Source: Paraglomus brasilianum
Lineage: Eukaryota
Length of the DNA stretch: 63,502 bases
Direction of reading: 5' to 3'
Assembly: GCA_910592345.1 (NCBI GenBank)
Contig: CAJVPI010000059.1
Location: forward strand, 1-63,502
Positions 22,460-35,150 of this stretch are shown one piece after another; positions within the stretch are counted from its first letter, which is position 1, and every line of letters begins with the position of its first letter. The position numbers and the translations under genes were made by a program. Under the pieces are notes generated by a model that was not told where the DNA came from, did no database searches, and worked only from the letters and a program-made list of their open reading frames with translations.

Positions 22460-23056
22460 GATTTATAAATATATTTATTACATTTCTTTTCTATCATTAA
22501 AATTCTAGCTCCATTTTACTTTAAACAATTACGAATACAAATATTGTATAGAGTATTCAATGAGAGCGGTTTTAATTTTTAATGCCTTAACTGATTTCGT
22601 AGATTTCATCCCAACAATGCACAACTTTGCTTCTTCGGCAGCCGACATCCGTGGATGTCATCAGACAGGTTCACATGAACCTATTCTCCGTACGCTGGGC
22701 GTTTTTTACTTTACTGGTCATGGCACAGACATAATTACAAATTGTCAAGTGTCTCGAATGCCACGATTTCTTGTGTCAGTATCTTGTTGGTGAAAGGCGT
22801 AGGCCTTAAATAAGCAATACGGTTTGACATGAATTCGCGTAATGCGCTTCGTATGGTTTGTGTGAAAGTAAATTCAGGCACAAAAGAATTATGAGAGGTT
22901 TTCGGTTTGTTTTTGTCTTGTCTTTGAGGACGTGTTAGCGTATTGAAGGATTACGACAGAACCGTGCTTATTTCCTTTAGCATAATTTCTCAACCAACAC
23001 TGCACTGTTGACAAACAAGCTCCACGTGCATCTGTTTTTGATATCAATTAAAACAA

Positions 23057-23097
<41 letters not shown>

Positions 23098-25480
23098 CAC
23101 GTTGTACACAATTATATGAAACAATTATGCAAATTGGCTATTTTATACGAGTTAAATTTAATTGCTATTTGCCTTTATCATCTCTAATTGTTTATACTAT
23201 GTTTTGTGTACCCAATAGTTACAACATACGATAGCGAGAAACAATAAGGGAAGACAATGAACCAATAAAAGAGTAGTGTCAGCCATGCGAATAAGAAAGG
23301 GAAGACGGAAGCCAATCCCGAAGTATTAAAGTTGATGTTCCATACTGAGGGGGTTTTTTCTGCCAATGGTAATAGCAATTATTTAGTTCTTGTTGAAAAT
23401 AATTTTTAATTGGCAAATTCTCGAAAGAGTTTTGCAAATTTAAGCAATATGCTTTATGCATGTGGAACGATATAATAAACAAAAAGTGAAAGTATGAGCA
23501 TAGAAAAGTGAGAACTGGATTCACAAAGGTGACACATAACAAACAAATAACATTATCATATTCCAAGGTAATTAAAACTTCTATTCCTACAGATCCGTGG
23601 GCATACACACTTTCTCACATGAAATCTCATCAAGGTACAGAACATGGAATATGGGAGATTGATTGATGTATCGAGCATTAGTGTGTCAACCAAACAGTTT
23701 ATTTCTTAACGAGTGACAAAGAACTCTATTCTAGAACAGTCTTCTATGGCGGCGTGCAATCTACAAGTAATTGGACAGTTTATCGCACTAACACCAACTT
23801 TAAATTTAACAATTGGCAGTAGTACAAATATTGGATAACAATTGTATGTTTGCATATGAAACACACAAATCACCAATAAAGTTGTACTTATTGAAACACA
23901 CAAATCACCTCCCTCATCCCAGAAAACAATCTTCTATGTTCCATGTACTGTACCTTGATAAGATTAGCACAACTATTTTGCCATTTATACGATGTACCTC
24001 AGAATGGATAGATCACCCGAGGATACAGCATCAGAAAGTGTGCATGTCTACTTTTCAGAAAGATCTGTGGGTACAGAAATTTTAATAATTACCTTGGAAT
24101 ATGACAATGTAATTTGTTTGTTATGAGTAATAATAATAATAATAATAAGAACAATAATCGGGATGGATGTAACAATTAGCGTATTCTTTTAATGACAAAG
24201 GATAGTGCATGTTGGGCGAACCTGGAATCTAATTGGCAAATCCAGTTTCTCACTTTTCATACTTTGTTTGTATCAAGGCTCGCCGTTTTGTTTATCACAC
24301 TTTGCACGATATGATGTTGGCGTTATTCAACAACTGTCTGGATTACTGTTGATTCTGTTGATTGCCAATTCGCAATTCATATTTATCAAAATGGGGGCAA
24401 AAATGTCGGATACCCTTGCTTCTTGCGGAACGTCACCAACTTTAATACTTCGGGATTGGCTGGAACAACTGTACGTACTTGTGTTATTTTTATCTAATCA
24501 AAATGGAACTAATCTTAGTTTCAATCTTGATGTTATCATTTTTTTAAAAAATTTTATTTCCTACCGATTAAAATATTTATGTATTTACTTTGCCTACTAG
24601 TTTAGAAAAAAGTTTTCTAAGAATAATTTTAAATTATTAATAAACTTAACTTACGTGAGATAATAAAGGCAATAGCAATTAAATTTAACTCATATAAAAT
24701 AACTAATTTGGTCTTTGTCATATGTTTAATCTGTTTTGCATAATTGTTTCATACAATTGCGTACAACGTGATAAACTTTGTTTGATTGTTATCAAAATAG
24801 ATGCGCATGTGTCAACAGTGTTGGTCGAGATTTATGCAAGCCCCGATCTTATAATTATTAATGGGTGGCTTTGCGTATAAATAAGCACGGTTCAATGGTA
24901 ATTCTTCAACACGCTAACTCGTACTCAAAACAAGACAATACAATACAAGACAACCAAAGCAAACCGAACAAAAAACGAAAACCTCCCACAATTCTTTTTG
25001 CACATATACAAAGAATTCATGCCGAACCGTGTCGCTCATTCAAGGCCCACGCCTTTCACCGACGAGATACCGACCTTTCCACAAGTAAATCGTGGCAGGA
25101 AGAGCCGCCTGCATATCAATTCGAGGCACTTGACAGTTTGTAACTTTGTCTGTGCCATGGCGGCCAAGAAAAAAACGTCCAGCACGCGGAGGCTAGGCTT
25201 ATGTGAGCCTGTCTGATGACATCCATGGATGTCGGCTGCTGTACAAGCAGAGTTCCTCCTTTCCTGGTGCACAATTTGGATGATGCCTTCGAAATCAATT
25301 AAGGCATTGAAACGCTCTCTAAGTTAAATCTGGAGGAAATCGTAAACGTCTGTTGTCTTTCAAAATATTTGTATTTATAACTATTTAACTTAACTCTTAA
25401 GATATAATCATAAATAAAAATGTTTAAAAAAAAAATAGAAAATGTAAACAAACAAATAATAAAAATATAAATTTATAATA
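22460..25480. repeat. ~3-kb degenerate palindrome centred near 23804/23805
   Basis: Nested inverted matches: GCAGCCGACATCCGTGGATGTCATCAGACAGG (~22638) / CCTGTCTGATGACATCCATGGATGTCGGCTGC (~25208); GAGTTAAATTTAATTGCTATT (~23149) / AATAGCAATTAAATTTAACTC (~24671); GCCAATCCCGAAGTATTAAAGTTG (23311) / CAACTTTAATACTTCGGGATTGGC (~24437); CATATTCCAAGGTAATTA (~23557) / TAATTACCTTGGAATATG (~24086); centre TTAAA|TTTAA. Confidence 0.88.
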
Positions 25481-27210
25481 CTAATGAATGAAAATGAGAT
25501 ACGTGCATTTATTCGTGTGTTATCTTCGGTCGCCTAAGTGTTTGCGTCCAAAATGGATCGGGGATAGTCTTGTGGTCTTTCTTACTCACAACCGTGTCAA
25601 TGAGGCGTATCTTTTTATACTCATGTTGCTAAGGTATAAATAAATAAAGTCATGCTCGTAGATTGCGTTAAACTATAATACAAATTAGTGTTAAGAATCG
25701 GCAATAACAACGGTAACAGTGCGTCCCTATAATATATACTGTAAGTTGAACACAAACACCCAATATCCATTAGTACAATGGCGATTCTCAGTAGACATAT
25801 CAATGTTAGCATTATAAGTACAAATTTTTGTTCTCTAGCTCATAACTGCTTCGCTGGCTGATATGCTGTAATAGCCATTGTACCAATCGTGATGCGACGT
25901 GATTTTTGTAGTTTCTGAGACGATTACCATCAACAATTTCTGTCGCCACAAACCTGACGTAAGTACCACCAGTCACACTGCGCTTCTTATTATGTTTATT
26001 CAAAGAAACCATTACCTTGTGGTATTATATCCTCTACCATAGCACTCAGCGTGGGGCATGTCTTCCAATATTATAAATAGCGTTAAACTCTTTAAGCATA
26101 TATAGTGAAATTTATCGTTCGAATAATATAGTACAGATTGTGACACTACACAGTACCTGTGATGAGGATAATTCCATTCTAGGTATTTGCATAATACTTG
26201 CAAATATAGTATACTAACACTTTTTCTAGTGAAATATAACAATGCAATACACAGTGAGACATTTTGTATATCGTTGCTGCAAAATCTGCTTTTATTTGTG
26301 CTTTGTATCAGGAATGGCTGGCCGAACTCGTATACAGATGAGAAATATTCTAATCACATGGATCGATCAATCAACAGCCTGCAATTAAAGAAATTTATCG
26401 TAAATATTTATGACGATACAATGGTGCGTGGGACAACAGCTTGCTTTTACGACTATAAGCGGTATCATTGTGAACCGGCTGCAAAAGAACCAACAGAATT
26501 TTGTTTGATACTTCTACAATTCTAAATGCAGAAATATTATCACGACTGACTATATATCATCTACTGTTTCACTAAACTGAAAGTTAATTGATTATTTAGG
26601 TTTGAGTTGTTAACTGATCAATTTGTTAAACATTGATTTTTTTTGTTCAATTATTTTTATCTGCGTAATCAAAGTGTCGCTTGACTGCGTACCGGGTTTA
26701 TTTTGGTGGCTGAGACTGAGTTACCAATCCATACGACCGATTTGGACATGACAGCGTTTGTGCACCAAATATTCGTTCAGATGTGTCACAGGCCGGAGAT
26801 GTTTTGTAAATCGCTCCGTCTAATCGTTTGTTTAAAATATGCACCATTGAGTGTTACAGCTTTGTTTGTCCCACACTACACAGTGGTCTTTGTTAAAGCC
26901 TTTACTTATATCACTTTCCTGAGAAGCATCTTTTTCGTTTATTTTTAAACTGATAGGGCTATAATTTGGTCGACGTAAAGTTAGTACAGTCAACCCTCTT
27001 TATAGTCACCCCCTCTATAAGCACATCATATGAAAACCGGACTCCGCTATACTATAAGGGTTACACGAAACGTTTATAGCTATTAATGTGTTCGGAGAAT
27101 TAGTCCCCGATCTGTTATATAAAAGTCCGCTATATTGCAAGCCAAAATCCCAAACCAAAGTCCCCGCACAAGTCAAAAACTCCGTTCACGCCGCCAAAAT
27201 TCCCGCACAA

Positions 27211-27408
27211 CCCAAAGTCTCCGCCCACACATCCCAAAGTCTCCGCCCACACATCCCAAAGTCTCCGCCCACACATCCCAAAGTCTCCGCTCGCGCATCC
27301 CAAAGTCTCCGCCCACACATCCCAAAGTCTCCGCCCGCACAACCCAAAATTTCCACCCGTACAAACCCAAAGTCTCCGCCCGCACAAACCCAAAGTCCTG
27401 CACAAACT
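27211..27408. repeat. 22-bp minisatellite CCCAAAGTCTCCGCCCACACAT, ~8-9 copies, degenerating at the ends
   Basis: Read directly from the sequence. It explains the five overlapping repetitive ORFs in the track. Confidence 0.95.
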
Positions 27409-27724
27409 AAAAACGCCTCACGCCAATATTCCCGCTGCACAAGCCAAAATCCCAGACGCTCGACCTCCTCAAATGATTGACGCGTCATTTCAACTTTCCA
27501 CCACCAATGTCTGCCGCACAAAAATCAGAAATGCTAGCCGATCCGACCGATGCCCTCGGACGGTTTTTACGTAAAGGCTTTGGCTACACCTTCACATGAA
27601 CGAGTAGACACTTTTCCTATCTACGATGGGAAAGGCTGATGTAAGGGGGGGGGGTTTATTGCAAGTTCAAACAGTACCACAAAGCATTAAACTGTTTGAA
27701 TGAGTCATTGGCCATTCTTTCTGA

Positions 27725-28232
27725 GAGTGAAACTGCTCTTATAATAAGAGAGACAATCTTTTTCTCTCTTAAACTGTGTGATAGCGCGGTAAATGATCTT
27801 AATAGAGCATTACGCATCAAGCCCAATGAAGCAATTGCACTGAAGAGTAACTCACCTCGAACTTAAACAATACGACAATGCCCTAAACGATCTCAATGCA
27901 TCATTAGACATCAACTCTAGTGATGCAAGCGCACGAAGAGCCAGAGGAGTAGTATTCTAATGGTATGATGATGCATTAAACGACCTCGATGTATCATTAA
28001 TATTGAACAAACGATGTCATGGCATTAAGAGTTAGATCAGCTCTATTTTGCCATATTGAACAATATTATAGTGCTTTGAATGACCTTAAAAGCATATTAG
28101 ACATCGTGCCAGACGATATAATTGCACTAAGAATAAAGGGTATCAACATTTACCTTGGGGCTAATACCATAGCCCATTAATTGATCAGAGGAAGCATACT
28201 TCTATGTCTTGAAGAGTACGATTACGCATTAT
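27725..28232 (+). pseudogene. Tetratricopeptide-repeat protein remnant
   Basis: Repeating TPR units: ALIIRETIFFSLKLCDSAVNDLNRALRIKPNEAIAL, LKQYDNALNDLNASLDINSSDASARRARG, YDDALNDLDVSL, ALRVRSALFCHIEQYYSALNDL. Contains frameshifts and a stop. Confidence 0.75.
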
Positions 28233-29185
28233 CGGTAAAGATGACAGCGGTACAACATCTCCGGCTGCGGCACAGATTCGAACGCAACGGGACGGAATTG
28301 TTAGCACTGCACTTTTAAATAGACAGATAAAAATATGTTGTTAGTTTAGTGAAACGATAGATAGATACATAATTTCCCTTAGCGAATATCATCTTTAGCA
28401 CGATCATTCTTATTTCGATAATTGTTCTTATAATATTCCTTGTAATTAGAATAGTTCTTTATATTCTAATAAAATCAGTATTCAAATATAACTTATTTGT
28501 GTTCATTCCTGGTGACTTTATCTCTATCGTCGGTAAAAATGTAAAGCGCTTTCCCGTATCGACGGTACACGGATTTGAGCTTACCATCAATTTCGCAGGA
28601 ACTTGACATTAGGATTATTATTTAAACGTGTAGAAAACTTCCCCGTCCTATAAGCTTTCAACTGTCGTAAGGTTTAGTACTAGTAGAGGTAGTCAAAGGC
28701 CTCGTTTGAAAAGCTAAATCTCAAGGCCAGTGTACCGGCTCGATAGCATTAAATAATTTTGCTAAATCGTCACAGTTTTAGAATTCGTTTTTGTTTTTTT
28801 TTTTTTTACTTCTTTGAGTCTCAAGTTATAGACACAGCTTTGGCAAAAGCTTTACAATTAGATTTCTCACTGACTTCATTGAAAAAGTGTGTACAACATA
28901 AAAGTATTATTTCTACGTTGGACGGGACTTATGACGCGACGAGTCTTAGTATTTTCGGTCACATGTTACAACGTTCATTGAATTCATATCGAGATTCCTA
29001 TTTACTATTGGTTATCAGCGCGTTAATAACCGATCGACAAGGGGGCATTCTTCACGGGAGAATGGTTGTGTGCTAGTTAACTGAGTGGGCCAAAGTGTAT
29101 GCAAGAAAGCCAAGTGCGAGGAATATTAATGGACTCGAATAAATTGAACAGGAACTCTGGATGTTCCTATTTGGATGCACAGCTG

Positions 29186-29810
29186 CGATGCTGCCATCGT
29201 AAAAGCGGAATTATGAAGCCCAGGCCGATAAAATGGCGAGATTGCAGATACAGAATGACGTGGTAAGTAATCCCGTCTGTTATGTGTAAGATAAGTCTGT
29301 AATAGGAATGTTAGCGTTTCCATTTAAGACAGTCCTTACTTAACTACGGATAGGGAAATCGAAACGGAAGTTATTGTAATATTTGGAACTTTCGTATTAT
29401 TACTCATTGTTTGACATATCATCTCAGACGCTGATCGTACCTCTCCGTCTCATAACTTCTTGGACCAGAAAATTTTCTTAGATTCACGAGCGTTTAATCG
29501 GAGTCCAGGCCGTCTACGTGAATTTTCCGCGTAGAATTGTAAAAACGCGATAGCTACAATGCGTGCCATTCCCGACCATGACGATCTCCGCGTGACGAGA
29601 AATGCTTACCTATATTCTGCGTGCTTCTTGTCAACCAGGCGATGCTTATTTACGTGTAAGTATTATAGTTATTATATTGAGATGAGAACTTTGTATGATA
29701 TTATGAGGAGGATTTGGAATGAGCGAGATGTTCCAGAATCATCAAATACATAGAAGTGGGAAGACGATGAAGATAGTGTAGGTGAAAATAATGCACTATG
29801 CATTAGGTAA
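29186..29810 (+). repeat. Copy A of a dispersed, intron-bearing degenerate sequence; copy B is at 49495-50176 in the opposite orientation
   Basis: Shared blocks CATCGTAAAAGCGGAATTATG, GAAATCGAAACGGAA, ATATCATCTCAGA-GCTGATCGTACCTCTCCGT, TTCACGAGCGTTTAATCGGAGTCC, CTATGCATTAGG. Confidence 0.85.
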
Positions 29811-30949
29811 CGCAAAAGGATATTTTCACAATTAGAATTAAAGGCGAGTGAAGACATATCAATTTGCACTAGCTTGGTTAGTGTGATAGTTCACCACGTG
29901 TGGGAATAATGGCCATGTATCAATCAAAGACCTTGATAAGAGGATGGGCTGGAAGAGACAGAGCAAATTCTAGTAAAGGAGTGGAAGGAAAGTTGGACTA
30001 ATATATAGACTTTGATGGCTCTGCTGGTGAATAAGTTAAAGAAGAAGAAGGTGGTGGCGGCGGTGTTGATGCGATGTGTAGTAGGAAGCGTAGAAGGACG
30101 GTTAAGAAAACAGGATGAAAAACAAGAGCACTCAGAAACATTTTCGCCGGCAATAATGCGGGAGATATAGTTGACTATATCGAGACGAGACCTTGTAGGC
30201 TGGTGGTGGACTAGATGTAGATTGGAAAATCAGGATGAGATGCAAAGGATAACTATTCCTAACCCGACTAGCAATAACAAAACTCTCAAAAATCCCTCGA
30301 GGGTGGGTTTTTTATTTCTAGGGTTTAACCCTAAGTTAGGAGCGACATAAGATGGATCAAAAGTTCCTCGAATATATACAATTTTATAGTGCAAGTTAGG
30401 AAGAACGGCTATGTATCAAATGAAAAGGATGAGAACTTGCAATGAGCAAGATGTTGGAAGACGATGAGGTGAAGATAAAGTAGGCAATGTAAAAGGATAG
30501 TTCCACGATTAGAATGAAAAGGCGAGTGAAGAATTCGATAACTCGGTGCTATACTGCTATATGAAAAATGATTACAGTATTAAATGAGAGAAGCTTCGGT
30601 AGCTTAAAGACGAGTGGCAAGACGTTTATCGACAGAAGACGATTCTGCTCGCTAATCAGCAATGTATTGTGAATTAAGCGTAAGGCTTTATTTGCTAGAC
30701 ATTGATTAGATCATTGACAGTTTGTTTTCAAAATGTTTTCATACAGACATGTCATTGCTCACTACATTTCATTTCCTATGAACACCGAGATGTATGCTTT
30801 TAAAGCGATTCTCCCGTGTATTGTACTCTTTTCAACAACCTTCCTCTTTATCTGTATATCCTTTCTAGCTCTCCCTCTTCCCTCCATACCATCCATGCAA
30901 CATCTAATTAAACACGGAAGCACGCTTTCTGACCATACTTCGATTTGTG

Positions 30950-32892
30950 ACTGACTCAGCCATACTTACTATCGGGCTTCATGTCGCTTTGTTATATAGT
31001 GAATGCCCCAGATGCTCGATTAAACGCTAATTGATCAAAGCAAATCCGCTAGTTACTAGATATTGTAACCAGAGAGGCATGGTTAACGTCTGAAAGGCGT
31101 TTGTTTATGAATGTCACCAACAAATTATTAACAAGTAGTAAACGTTCAAATTTCTACTTACCAAATATAGTAATAGACACTTATACAAATATCAGAATGG
31201 TGTCTTCCATTTCGATTTCCTTATACGCACGGGTTTCCCACAAGCAAGAGTCAGTAATTAGATCCGCAACAATAAAGGGGATATTTACAGTATCATCCAA
31301 CGTGAGCACGCGTCACTGACATAGAGGTATCACTGCAATATTGAACACCAGCGATACATTTGTGTTGTTTAGTGTTTTTAGATCACCATGACTTTGGATA
31401 CACTTCTCAGACTAGCGGCTTTTGTAGATTCATCTCAACCCGAAATATGAGCTGTTTACTTTTCCAATGATAAATCGTATTGTTGCTTGGAAGGCGACTA
31501 GGTTCACTGAAATTAAATTATTTCCATAGAATCCCAAACTCTGAAGGAAAATCTTCATGATAAGACGTTCCATTAGGTCAAACGTAAAAATCGGTTTGCA
31601 GTGTCTAATAAACATATACTGTATATAATAAGCAATTATAGCATTTATCCGTCATTTGAAATTGATATCTTGTAACTCACCAGCCTAAACATCCTCGAGC
31701 CTCCTACAAAAACGATAATCATTTTGTCGCCTCCGTCACTAGTCACCGACTAACTTGTGAGCAATACCATAGATATTTCTTGATCCAATAAGCGCTTCAT
31801 CGAATTGTTTAATCTGCACAAAAATTACTATCAACAAAGATGTAATAGACTTCCATTTATGTGCTATCCAAAACACTTGGATTAATACAGTGGTCCAGAT
31901 TTTCTTCCTTCTCTGAGAATTCACTGTCGTCAGTAGCTTGAAAGGCCTTCCAACCTTATCTAGAAATAGATTATACTAGTCAATAATTGACACTACAAAT
32001 AAATTGTCCAATCTATTATTACTTACTCGTTGGGTATAAATTTGGGTATTCGGTCGAAATTAGACTCCACGTTCTATTAAACACCTCATTAGCTTTCCAT
32101 ACAGAATTATTTGGAAAAGTCCATACTCCATCGGGAGTATGTGTCAAAGCTTTTTTGAATGTAAATCCCGTTATTGTCGTAAATATCAATAGTGAGCTGA
32201 TCATAACAAATATCCGCCGTAGTAAATTAATGATTTCGATCTCATTGGTAGGCCATTAGACATTGCGATTCTTTAACATCAATAACTGCTCCAATTGATA
32301 AAATTGCAACTCGAACAAAAGACAGTTCGTTTGCAAATGTACCGATGGAAGGAGTTTCAATGTAGGCGTATCGCTGGCTAGGATTGACTCACGAACAATC
32401 CAGTTCATAGCGGGAACCAGATCATCAAAAGAAGATTATGTTTGCATTCATCGATAGGATATGCGGATGCTGGACAGGGTCGTAAGTTGTTCCGGCTGAA
32501 CAAGATATAGTAATAACAGCAGCGTTTCTGGCGACGTGGCCGCTGTGGGGTAATAATTGGTGGCAGCAGCAACCTATTCCGTGTCATCACGAGATAGTAT
32601 TCTGAGTACGGATGATAAATCTGATGGCGGAACAAACTTCGCTTTGTCTTGTAGCGTGACAGCGATAGTATTGTTGTTGCATTCGGCAGCTGAGTCGTAT
32701 TCAGCAACTGAGTCGTATGCAGCTAAGTCGTTGTATGTGGCAGCTGCGAGTGTTTAGATGGACCATTCGTAAGCTCCCCTGGTTTCTAAATGTTACGAAA
32801 AGAGAGATAGTCAGTATCTGGTGATATTTGTTAGTAGAGGTCACAAAAAGCAGATAAGTAGTAAAGCTCATACTCATTAACTCTAGTTCCAT
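30950..32892 (-). pseudogene. Heavily degenerate multi-exon gene, possibly a lineage-specific secreted or membrane protein family
   Basis: Protein-like fragments (PDGVWTFPNNSVWKANEVFNRTWSLISTEYP; AAYDSVAEYDSAAEC) with residual GT-AG sites and many stops. Family not securely identified. Confidence 0.3.
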
Positions 32893-34539
32893 AGCAAATA
32901 AAGTAAAAATTTCACGTGACCAAATATAGACAACATTATCATTGCTTAGACATGGGCAGGGGCAGAAAGCGGCTGATCAAGAGTACGCTATAGACAGCGC
33001 GATGTTATAGAAGTGGAACCAGAGTGTGAGAACGTGGTCAGAAATGGGGGGCATACGAACAGCAATACTTACTCAGATGCCGCGATTTCAATTGTTATTA
33101 TTTGATCAATGGCTCCTCCAAAGTCTCGTGTAAGCTCATCCTATAAGATAATATTAATAAGATAAGATACCATCCAATAATATACATCGTCAGTAAAGAT
33201 CTCCGTGTCGTGTCTAATCTCTGCACAAGCATTGTTGATTATATTATATACCGGAAATTGGAAGGTTGGCTCCTTGATAGGTTTGTGGCGGCCAGAGGAC
33301 AATTAATTGTCTTCCATAAACAGGCAACCGCGTCTTATCATAGTTCGGATTGTATGTGGGTCTCTTAATTGTTTCGGCAGCTTCTACATGTTATAGAACC
33401 AAATCATAGTCCTATCATTTGAGTTAGTCTAGTATTGACTCTTTTATAGTGAAGTTTCTTTATCTTAGCTGTTAATTTACACACCTAGTTCCGAATTCCA
33501 CAATTATTGTCTCGTTCCAATTAAATTCAGGCTAAATCCTTCTTTTCGATTCCATCATTCTTCTCGGACTTGTCAGATCATGCAGTAGTAAACCCAAATT
33601 GTGCCCATAGAAAGAACTTGGTGCTAGTCATTTCCTTTATACAAAGTTTGGTAATGCAGGCAAATTTAAATACACCGAATGTAACACAAGTCATACATGC
33701 GATATTCAATGTCCTTATTGCGAATATTATGTAAGTATAAGGCAGCAATAGATCATTTTTTCTACATTAAACAGAAATGAATTAGTAAAAACCTATCTAA
33801 GTGAAAGTTTGCTATCGTCTTTCCTGATTAAAACACATATGTTCGTTTTACATGATCTTACACACGCCTTTAATTCTCTTATCGCCTTGCATTTGAATCT
33901 TCTCGATTACAAAGGACATCGTTCATTGCATTCCGCGTGATCGACGATCGAGTAAAGTATCTCCACTTATATATACAGTGCTGTCGAATACGTCTATCAG
34001 TTTTAAATAATTTTGCAGCTTAATGGTAGTATTGTAAGTAAAATATAGCTTTTTTGTTCATCAAGCACTTACCATTATTGAATCATTCTCGGCGCGCTAA
34101 TCTCATGTAGTTGTGAATATTTTGTCGTATCCAAAAAAAGCGCACTGCCTGCTAATTGACATTCCCAAGTTATTCTTCCATCTTATTTGTACGCCTAGTT
34201 ACGACAACTCTATGTGTGGAATAACTTACTTGCGGCAGTTTGTCCGAGAATCCCACTGATGATTTATTCGTATTGCTAGATGGAATCTTGGTCGAACATT
34301 CTCACCTCCGTATAGATCAAACCATGCGGGTCTTTACAGCCGATTGGCAAGTTGAAATAAATCTTCTGGAGGCATTATGATTTCGAAAGGGACGAATATT
34401 TAAAGACGACACGGCTACTAAAGTCCATCGTAATAAATATTATAAATGCATGGAGCCCAAGCTTATGTTGATTAAATTATAGTCATCACGTCTTTGTGAT
34501 TAATCTACGTCTGTTGATAGTCGGTATCATTCTCTTCTG

Positions 34540-35150
34540 AAGATGCTGGTGTTACTTCTACTGACTCATCGTCATCGGTCATTTTTATCTTCATTTCTTG
34601 TTCTTCTTTATCATCGTCCTCCTCTTCCTCACGCTCTCGCTCTCGTCCTCATTCTCACTTTCTGACGTCTTCTCGCTAATAGAATTATAACGCAGTACTA
34701 AAACACGTATAATAAGCATATGTTAAACTTCACAACAATATCTAATTCCTTGTACTTACCCTCTGCCTCTTCGCTCTCTTCTTCGTTATCCTTCTCAGTC
34801 TCTTCTTCAGTTCCTCTTTGCTCTTAGTAGAATCGTAGAAATTATCTAAAGCCTTTTCACAGCGAATAAAAGGGCTCGTGTAAAAATGAACGTAAAGTTT
34901 CTGAATATACATATTCCATTTATATACCGTTGTGTTCCTGACAGACGAGATGATCAGATTTCTTGATAGACCAGTCGGGCAGCGGTTCGTACCCTGGCAA
35001 GCGTGTGCTTACATGACCTTATTGGTAAGATAAGACTGTTAAAACGTACTCGATTACAAAATTGGTCAGTATGTATCGTATCAGAACATGCCCATGCAAC
35101 TCTCTACTGCTGCGGGTGACTCCTTGTCACAATCTAATCGTCTTCATCCT
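34540..35150 (-). pseudogene. AP-3 complex beta subunit (APL6/AP3B) trunk-end and acidic hinge remnant
   Basis: CDKESPAAVES, then HVSTRLPGYEPLPDWSIKKSD (GYEPLPDW at ~34994-34971), then LDNFYDS followed by a long Glu/Asp/Ser-rich tract. This matches the recalled AP-3 beta order GYxxLxxW...DPSVR...FY+acidic hinge. Frameshifted. Confidence 0.55.

Noticed and set aside
27088..27521. Five overlapping ORFs with repetitive peptides
   Set aside because: They are by-products of a stop-free 22-bp minisatellite.
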